Positions 33,720-40,000 of a stretch of DNA of 40,000 nt are shown piece by piece. The notes under the pieces were generated by a model. It worked only from the letters and a program-made list of their open reading frames with translations, was not told where the DNA came from and searched no databases. The stretch comes from Mesorhizobium sp. Its GTDB lineage: Bacteria; Pseudomonadota; Alphaproteobacteria; Rhizobiales; Rhizobiaceae. The translations under genes were made by a program, and so were the position numbers. Each line of letters begins with the position of its first letter. Position 1 is the stretch's first letter. Location of the stretch: NCBI GenBank assembly GCA_004020645.1, contig SAQL01000025.1:45274-85273 (forward strand), in the 5' to 3' direction.

Positions 33720-34893
33720 CTATACTGGTATTCTCGTCGAGCAGCGCCCCGGTGCGCAGGTCAAGTTCCTCGTCTTCGTGGCAGATGCCAAGGAGGTGGT
33801 CGGTTGGGCAGAAGCCGACAACATCAAGCTTGACCGGGGCAACGTTCAGCGCGAGCTGGTGGAATCGCGCTGGAGGCAGATCCGCAAATTCTTCAACGCG
33901 TCGCCAAACAACGTGATCCCTACCAGCGTGACGATCGCGCTGGATGAATCCATCCCCCAAGCCGAATCGGTGGAGGACCTCGCAAACGCAGCCGGCTTTG
34001 TGCTCGAAGACACAGCGAACGGCATGACCAAGATCACCTTCGATCCAGAGCGGATCAAGGGGGCTGCGTTCCAGCATCGCCTCAAGGGCATGTCCATGCT
34101 CGACTATGATGTGAAAGTCCCAATCTGCCTTTTCTTGTCCTTGCCGAAGGTGGAGCGCGCCTTTCAGTTCGTGACTATCAACAACAAGTCACACAAGGTT
34201 CCGACTGGCAACCTGAAGGCGCTGCTGGCGAATTTCGAGCAGATCGAAGCGAATCTGCGGAGCCGGCTCACACAGGCATCCATTACCGCTCCGCATTATT
34301 CGACAGCAGTTGACGTGCTCAATGAAGATCCGGAGAGCCCATTCCACAAGCTGGTCGACTGGGTGAACAACCGCTTCGAAGACGCCGCCCTCCTCGTTCC
34401 GCCGACCGCGCTCGAGAACTCGCTGCGCGCCATCGTGCGTGCCTTTCCGGAAACCCGGGAGGACGAGTCCGATGCGCTCGCCGTACTCTATGCTATCTGG
34501 CGGGCGGTTTTCGGTCAGTACGGTATCACTGCCGCAACAGCTGCCGGCTTCCCAAACCTGATGCTCAAAGCGACCATCCAGACGATCTCCGAGATGGTCG
34601 TTGAAAAGCTGAAGTCGGATTATGACCCAGCATTCTCGAACGACCCCGTGATGGCAGACAATGGCGAGAAGGCGGGCGTCACTGCGGCTAACCTCGTGCA
34701 AGGCATACCGGCTGCCTTCTGGGAGCGGCCCTGGACAATGAAGAGCCTGGATACCTCTGCTGGCCGGGCGCTGATCCAGGAGGGCATTCGTGAACTCAAG
34801 CGAATTATCCATCAGAGCAATGGCGGAGATCTACCGGATCATTGGGAGCAGCGCCTGAGATTGTACCAATCCGGCACCGATTTGGAGGAATGA
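33712..34893 (+). CDS. Divergent DndB/DGQHR-family protein with a degenerate signature (AFQHR)
   Basis: GTG 33712 overlaps the HNH stop by 8 nt. VQRELVESRWRQIRKFFNASPNNVIPTSVTIAL and FQFVTINNKSHKVP are colinear with GFQRP...ILPNAIVVAF and QFILVNNTRPLP of the dpd paralogs. DGQQR is replaced by AAFQHR. Confidence 0.55.
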   Translation: MISYTGILVEQRPGAQVKFLVFVADAKEVVGWAEADNIKLDRGNVQRELVESRWRQIRKFFNASPNNVIPTSVTIALDESIPQAESVEDLANAAGFVLEDTANGMTKITFDPERIKGAAFQHRLKGMSMLDYDVKVPICLFLSLPKVERAFQFVTINNKSHKVPTGNLKALLANFEQIEANLRSRLTQASITAPHYSTAVDVLNEDPESPFHKLVDWVNNRFEDAALLVPPTALENSLRAIVRAFPETREDESDALAVLYAIWRAVFGQYGITAATAAGFPNLMLKATIQTISEMVVEKLKSDYDPAFSNDPVMADNGEKAGVTAANLVQGIPAAFWERPWTMKSLDTSAGRALIQEGIRELKRIIHQSNGGDLPDHWEQRLRLYQSGTDLEE

Positions 34894-35203
34894 AGTCAAT
34901 CGCAGCCGCGGCAAGGCCATCTCGACGCGCTGCATGCGTATTTGAGGGCACAGCGTCGAAAGTACGCTCAGCAACGATAAGGTCGAACGAACACGGAACG
35001 GGCCGCTCTCTTTAACATCCTTGAGGTGTCCGTCGCAGATCAGTGTGACGCCGGCTGGTCCTGTTCAGAAACATGAGCTGTATGGATGCCGCCGCTAACC
35101 TCTTGCATTCATTAGGCCTTTCACTTGGCGTTGTTTAGCGGGCTTTCAACGCGATGCGCTTTACATGGCGCAGGAGGTTCCACGCGGGCAAAGGGCGCGG
35201 CGC

Positions 35204-36317
35204 TCATGGTGCCCCGCCATTGGTAGTCGCGACGTTGAGATATTGCTCGAGCGCCTCGATGCTCGCCATGACTTCGGCGAAAGCTGGCGGCGTTCCGAAA
35301 ATCATCGCGGACATCCGCCGGTAGTCCGCTGCAAGCTTGGTTCGCATGTCTTCCGTCGGAATGAGGCGATAGCGGCCCGGTATCGCGCGATCGTAACGAT
35401 GATCGGGCGCGCGAAACATCAACTCCTTGTGCTGTCGGCACGCCTCGGCAAGTTCGCGCATGGATGCCGTTGCGACACCGTAGTCGGGGTGCGTCCAGAT
35501 CTGATGGACGTCGTAGTAGTGACGCGAGTACCGATTGAGATCGGGCACGGGCCGTTCCGGATTGGCATCGTGACGCCGCTTCTCCGTCATCTCGGTCATC
35601 GCATGCAAGATCAGCACCTTTTCCCAGAACGTGCGCTCAGGCCTCACCGTCGTCACGTTCTGAACGGTGAGGCTCGGCCCTTCCGGCATCTCGGCAGCGA
35701 TATAGGGCACGATCTCGCGCGGCTCGGCGGGTTCGGGATCGGGTCGCGCGCCGCCTTCGATGCGAACGGCCGCCTGCACATAGCTGCCTTCGGCCTCGAA
35801 GACGCTCTTTTAGCCAAGCACCAGGATGTCGAGCGCTTCTTTGTTGCGGTAAAGATCAAAGCCGAAGCCCAGCGAGAAATGACCAGGACGCTCGGCCGCC
35901 TGTTCCACGACGGCGAGCTCCTTCATCAGCAGTTCTCTGAGCGGTCCGGAGATATATTGCCGCGCGGCCTCGTCGACTTTCTCGGCGAGCGCGCGTTGCT
36001 GGCGATTGACGGAGGGCAGGGCGGCGATGTCGGCTTCAAGCGGGACGTTCAGATCGGCTTTGTAAATGCCGATGTCGATATCCTCTGAAAATCGGCGGAC
36101 CAGCCCATACGCCTTGCTCAGGCTGGTGCCGCCCTTGAAATACAGACCAACCGGATCGTTCGGCCGGCGGTTGAACAGAAAGTCGAGCACCCAGCAGACG
36201 TAAAGGTCCTTTTCGATATTTGCCGCCTTGGTGCCCAAGTGGGCGGCGACTGTCTCGAAGAGCGTACGGCGTTCCGTCGATGCTCGAGTGCAGGATCTCA
36301 ATGAACGTCTTCTGCAT
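35204..36317 (-). pseudogene. AbiEii/AbiGii-family nucleotidyltransferase toxin, disrupted by a frameshift and an in-frame TAA
   Basis: ATG 36317 overlaps the antitoxin end by 20 nt and reads MQKTFIEILHSSID. Family-like sequence then continues in another frame: ERRTLFETVAAHLGTKAANIEKDLYVCWVLDFLF...YFKGGTSLSKAYGLVRRFSEDIDI. The apparent lesion is an extra G at about 36274-36275. An in-frame TAA at 35810-35812 separates ...DILVLG from KSVFEAEGSYVQAAVRIE... in the same frame. Confidence 0.75.
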
Positions 36318-37038
36318 GATCGCCCTTCGCGCGTTCTGGCTCCGGCGCGCCTTCGGTTTGATCCTCGGCGATTCTGCGCGTGATTGTCTCGACCAGTGGA
36401 TACATCCACGCGGGGACCGCATGAATGTTGTCGCGGAGGTCCTGTGCGATCTTGTCCCGATCGGGATTGCGTGACAGATCCCGGACGATCCCGTTGATGG
36501 CCGCGTCGAAGCTCGATCGTTCGTCCCGAAACCATGTGAGCGCTTGGACCACGCGCATGGCCGGCCGGCCAGCCCAAAACGCCGTCTTGGCCGCGATGCG
36601 CTTGAAATCAAGCTTGTAGATGACAGGCCGGACCGCCTTCGGATCGCCGGCGCTTGCCTCGATCTCGATTGTTCGCGGATAGGTGTCGGCATAGATCGTT
36701 GAGCGCGCCGGGACGGCTGTCGTCAGGCCGAGGTCGTTCGCGGCGGTCATTCCGTCGACGAGGACGCGCAGCTTGTCGCGCCGGGCAATGGCGTCGACGA
36801 ACGAGGACCGGGGCGGAAACACCATCTTGCCGGTGAGCTTGCTGACGCTGGGCTTGTCATAGAGTCCGCGATGGGGCCGGCGAATGTCGCCCCGCAGGGT
36901 GAGCCGTTGCAGCGCCTTCTCAACGGCATTCGGTGTGCCGATGTCGAGAAAGTCGGCGCGCGACCATACGCCGGCCGGCGCCGCCTGGATGATCCGGTCG
37001 TGAATGCGATCGAGCGTGTCGGACGTCGGGTCTGGCAT
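36298..37038 (-). CDS. AbiEi-family type IV TA antitoxin / transcriptional regulator
   Basis: The N-terminal wHTH pattern is NAVEKALQRLTLRGDIRRPHRGLYDKP. It is 246 aa and lies immediately upstream of, and overlapping, the AbiEii-like gene. Confidence 0.75.
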   Translation of the reverse strand: MPDPTSDTLDRIHDRIIQAAPAGVWSRADFLDIGTPNAVEKALQRLTLRGDIRRPHRGLYDKPSVSKLTGKMVFPPRSSFVDAIARRDKLRVLVDGMTAANDLGLTTAVPARSTIYADTYPRTIEIEASAGDPKAVRPVIYKLDFKRIAAKTAFWAGRPAMRVVQALTWFRDERSSFDAAINGIVRDLSRNPDRDKIAQDLRDNIHAVPAWMYPLVETITRRIAEDQTEGAPEPERAKGDHAEDVH

Positions 37039-37051
37039 CTGGGCCGCCTTT

Positions 37052-37135
37052 CTGACCGAAGATTATATATAAAAATTGGTCAGTAGCAATCGACAACCTT
37101 GTTATGACCAGAATTTGTATTCAAACTTTGGTCAG
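37052..37135 (-). promoter_or_regulatory. abiE promoter with two tandem inverted-repeat operators (TGACC-N20-GGTCA, twice)
   Basis: IR1 has TGACC at 37053-37057 and GGTCA at 37078-37082. IR2 has TGACC at 37105-37109 and GGTCA at 37130-37134. Both have a 20-nt spacer, lie 52 bp apart, and the two 32-bp units match at 22/32 positions. On the minus strand, TTGCTA (37089-37084) -N16- TATAAT (37067-62) lies about 24 nt upstream of the abiEi ATG (37038) and overlaps IR1. Confidence 0.6.
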
Positions 37136-37169
37136 TGCTTAATCCCTCTTCGCGGGTATTCGTCGATGC

Positions 37170-37946
37170 TCAATCGAGATCGATCCATGCCGGTGCATGA
37201 TCGCTCGGCTTCTCCCACCCTCGCGTCTCAACATCCACCCCGGCATTGCGGAGGCGGGGCGACAACGAGGGACTGACAAGCAGATGGTCCATTCGCAAGC
37301 CAGAACTCCTGTCGTAGCCGCCGCCGAAGGAGAAATTCCAATAGGTGTAGACGCCCTTCTCCGGATGGATGCGCCGGACCGCATCGATCCACCCATCCTC
37401 AAGCATCCCGGCATAGGCTTGCCGGCTTTCGGGGAAGTAAACCGCATCCCCAAGCCATCGTCGCGGCGCGACCGCATCAATTGGAGTCGGAACGACATTG
37501 TAGTCTCCGCACAGCACAGTCGGCGCGCCCGCTTTGAGCAGGTCTTGGCCGTAGCTGATCAGTCGGTCGAACCAGCGCAGCTTATAGTCGAACTTGGGAC
37601 CAGGTGCTGGATTACCATTTGGCAGGTAAAGGCAGCCGACGACGAGCCCGTCCACGCCGGCCTCGATGTAGCGGCTGTGGCTATCATCTGGATCGCCTGG
37701 CAGACCGCGCCGGCGTTCGACCGGGTCCGTCCCGCGAGATAAAATGGCCACTCCGTTGTAGGATTTCTGGCCATGCCAGATCGCGCCGTATCCTGCCTCG
37801 CGAATGGCCTCGGCCGGAAACTTCTCATCGGACGTTTTCAGTTCCTGGAGGCAGACGATGTCGTACGTGGTCGCCGTGAGCCACTTGAGGAGCACGGGCA
37901 GCCGGCCATTGACGCCGTTCACATTGAAGGTGGCGATGCGGACCAT
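37170..37946 (-). CDS. xthA: Exodeoxyribonuclease III (AP endonuclease)
   Basis: MVRIATFNVNGVNGRLPVLLKWL...YDIVCLQELK near the N-terminus and a C-terminal SDHAPAWIDL. Size is typical at 258 aa. Confidence 0.9.
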   Translation of the reverse strand: MVRIATFNVNGVNGRLPVLLKWLTATTYDIVCLQELKTSDEKFPAEAIREAGYGAIWHGQKSYNGVAILSRGTDPVERRRGLPGDPDDSHSRYIEAGVDGLVVGCLYLPNGNPAPGPKFDYKLRWFDRLISYGQDLLKAGAPTVLCGDYNVVPTPIDAVAPRRWLGDAVYFPESRQAYAGMLEDGWIDAVRRIHPEKGVYTYWNFSFGGGYDRSSGLRMDHLLVSPSLSPRLRNAGVDVETRGWEKPSDHAPAWIDLD

Positions 37947-37964
37947 CTGCCCTGCGGCCGCGGC

Positions 37965-38147
37965 TCACTTCTTGCCGAGCTTGTCCTCAACCTTCTTGCG
38001 ACTGTTGCCGACCGATTTCACGGCCGACTTGACGTCCGCCTTGCTGGCGCCAGTCTTGCCCGCCTCGTACTTCACTTCGTGATCCTGCCCACCAGCGACC
38101 TTCGCGCGGTCCTGGCTGCGCCCGCGAGTTGTTTGAGTCGTAGCCAT
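37965..38147 (-). CDS. DUF3606-domain small protein
   Basis: ATG 38147 is preceded by a GGAGGA SD. The sequence VAGGQDHEVKYEAGKTGASKADVKSAVKSVGNSRKKVEDKL matches the DUF3606 pattern common in alphaproteobacteria. Confidence 0.65.
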   Translation of the reverse strand: MATTQTTRGRSQDRAKVAGGQDHEVKYEAGKTGASKADVKSAVKSVGNSRKKVEDKLGKK

Positions 38148-38279
38148 TTCTTCCTCCAAGGATTGCGTTTCAATTTCCCAACAACGCGGCCGGACTCTTC
38201 CGGTTCAATTCATCGGCGCGCAGTGTGGAACTGAAACCCAGGGCAGAGTATTGAATCGTACTATGTATTCGGGCTCTCC

Positions 38280-39434
38280 ATGTCGGCCGTAGAGGCTGGC
38301 CTCCCCAAAAAGCGCGCACGGCGCAGGGACTCAGAATCTACCCCGAAATACCCCCTACCGCAGTTTCGTCCGTTCCAACTCTGCACGCTGACCGACGACA
38401 TACCGGTCGGTGCCAATTGGCTCTTCGAAATGAAGTTCGACGGCTATCGCGCCCAGGTCGCCATCTCGGAATCTGAAGTCGTCGTCTACACGCGCAACGG
38501 CCACGACTGGACCCGCCAGTTCAAGGTGATCCTGCCGCCACTTCAGGCGCTCACCAAGGGCTCAGCTCTGATCGACGGCGAGATCGTGGCGATTGACAGC
38601 AAGGGCCGCACCAACTTCTCGATGCTGAAGACCGGCATCGCCGCGGGCATGCCACTCAAGTTCTATGCCTTCGACCTGCTGGAATTGAACGGCGAGGATC
38701 TGTCCAGCCGGCCCCTGCTCGAGCGCAAGGAACGGCTTGCGGAACTGCTGGGCGAGAGGGACCCTGACGACAGCCTGCAGTTTTCCAGCCATATCGCCGA
38801 CAACGGCAAGAAGATCTTCGACACCATGTGCGCCGGCGGCCACGAGGGTATCATCGCCAAGCGCGCGGACAGTCGCTATGTCGGCGACCGCACCGCCAGT
38901 TGGCTCAAGATCAAGTGCACGAAACGACAGGAATTCGTGGTCGGTGGCTACCGCCCAAGCGACACCGGCCGTGGCATGGCCTCGCTGATCCTAGGCACTT
39001 ACGAAAACGGCAAGCTGATCTACCGCGGCCGCGTCGGCACCGGGTTCACCGAGGCGATGCGCAAATCCATACTCGCGCAGTTGGAGAAGCGGCCTCTGGA
39101 TAAGCCCGCCTTCGCATCCGTGCCGCGCGACATCGCGCGCCGCGCCAGGTGGGTGAATCCCGAACTCGTCGCCGAAGTCACCTATTCCGAGGTGACACCG
39201 GACGGCAGCCTGCGTCACCCGAGCTTCCAAGGTATGCGCGAAGACAAGCGCGCCGACCAGGTGGTGATGGAAACGCCCAAGACCGTCGCATCCGCCGCCA
39301 CGGCCAATCTGGATCCCGCTATGGGCACATGCCCAAGGCCATCCATGACGGCCAGTTGGAGAAGATGTCCGGCAAGGAGAGCCGCATCCTGTGGGTCGAT
39401 GACCTGGCGGGCCTCATCGCCGGCGTCCAGATGA
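38280..39434 (+). CDS. ligD: ATP-dependent DNA ligase (LigD ligase domain); 3' tail reads out of frame
   Basis: Motif I is FEMKFDGYRAQV (KxDGxR). Further signatures are EGIIAKRADSRY and WLKIKC, with an OB domain through RHPSFQGMREDKRADQVV. After about 39300 the translation (GTCPRPSMTASWRRCPARRAAS...) looks like non-native sequence. Confidence 0.8.
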   Translation: MSAVEAGLPKKRARRRDSESTPKYPLPQFRPFQLCTLTDDIPVGANWLFEMKFDGYRAQVAISESEVVVYTRNGHDWTRQFKVILPPLQALTKGSALIDGEIVAIDSKGRTNFSMLKTGIAAGMPLKFYAFDLLELNGEDLSSRPLLERKERLAELLGERDPDDSLQFSSHIADNGKKIFDTMCAGGHEGIIAKRADSRYVGDRTASWLKIKCTKRQEFVVGGYRPSDTGRGMASLILGTYENGKLIYRGRVGTGFTEAMRKSILAQLEKRPLDKPAFASVPRDIARRARWVNPELVAEVTYSEVTPDGSLRHPSFQGMREDKRADQVVMETPKTVASAATANLDPAMGTCPRPSMTASWRRCPARRAASCGSMTWRASSPASR

Positions 39435-40000
39435 ACGTGCTTGAATTCCACGTCTGGGGAAGCCTTCGCCAGCAGCCAGACTTGCCGCACAGGATAATCT
39501 TCGACATCGACCCCGACGAGGCCCTGGGCTTTGGTGACGTCAAGCAGGCCGCGCTGGACATCCGCGGCGTTCTCGAGGCACTCGGCCTCCAATCCTGGCC
39601 GCTGTTATCAGGTGGCAAGGGCGTCCACGTGGTCGTGCCACTCGTTCCCGAGGCTGACTGGGAAATGGTCAAGGGCTTCTGCCAGGACTTCGCCGAACTG
39701 CTGGCCCGCACCGATCCGTCCCGCTTCGTCGCGAATATGAGCAAGGCGAGACGCAAGGGTCGCATGTTCATCGACTATCTGCGCAACGGACAGGGCGCCA
39801 CGGCAATTTGCCCGTGGTCGACACGCGCGCGGTCCGGTGCGTCGTGCGCCGTACCCGTCACTTGGGATGAGCTGCCGACATTCAAGAGTGCCAGCGCATT
39901 TGACGTTTTCACTGCCGCCGCCCGGGCTCAGGAGTCGGACGCGTGGAAGGGCTATTTCGATGTCGAACAAACGCTGACAGAGCGGATCCGAAAAGCAGTC
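39329..40000 (+). pseudogene. ligD: LigD polymerase/primase (PolDom) segment in a different frame from the ligase domain, N-terminally incomplete, running off the window
   Basis: Frame 2 from ATG 39329 reads MPKAIHDGQ...ILWVDDLAGLIAGVQMNVLEFHVWGS...PHRIIFDIDPDE...LLSGGKGVHVVVPL...RKGRMFIDYLRNGQGATAICPWSTRARSGASCAVPVTWDEL. This is the typical LigD PolDom core. The N-terminal roughly 60 aa (the (T/S)NxDKvl...FFxK part) are absent in every frame upstream. The ORF track does not list it because there is no stop before 40000. Confidence 0.7.

Noticed and set aside
1-40000. CRISPR arrays, tRNA/tmRNA genes, integrase genes and attachment-site direct repeats flanking the island.
   Set aside because: No regularly spaced repeats, no cloverleaf-type sequence and no tyrosine or serine recombinase motif were seen. 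Boundary evidence is limited to the IS6 scar and the decayed TA locus.

Overview
High-GC, alphaproteobacterium-like mosaic accessory region, plausibly a rhizobial plasmid or island; the taxon is inferred from composition and gene content only.

**Left edge (1-2463).** The 3' part of a Ysc-ordered type III secretion needle module (sctD', a yscE-like gene, sctF) stops abruptly at about 1150. It is followed by two small coupled minus-strand ORFs and a frameshifted, 3'-truncated IS6 transposase remnant (1949-2463).

**Core (about 3.5-30.6 kb).** This is a complete Dpd-type 7-deazaguanine DNA modification/restriction island arranged as two convergent operons.
- Plus strand: a GIY-YIG nuclease-like gene, then translationally coupled dpdE (SNF2), dpdF (RecQ-like), dpdG, dpdH (P-loop), dpdI, dpdJ (DEVH helicase) and dpdK (PLD), plus a coupled 713-aa unknown.
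- Minus strand: a 321-aa unknown, two paralogous DGQQR (DndB/ParB-like) proteins flanking the TGT-like dpdA, then queE-queD-queC and a VUT/YhhQ-like transporter. The operon ends with an AT-richer pair: a Pycsar-effector-like membrane protein GTGA-coupled to a HAD phosphatase.

**Right of the island (31.3-40 kb).**
- A secreted protein.
- A candidate three-gene module: a UDG-fold-like protein, an HNH nuclease and a third, degenerate DGQHR paralog.
- An AbiE toxin-antitoxin locus whose toxin carries a frameshift and a nonsense codon, while the antitoxin and a tandem operator/promoter are intact.
- xthA, a DUF3606 gene, and a ligD whose ligase and polymerase domains lie in different frames.

Dpd itself is a described system (2016 onward). 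The potentially new biology here is in the accessory genes attached to it. All family calls are by-eye motif recognition without database searches.
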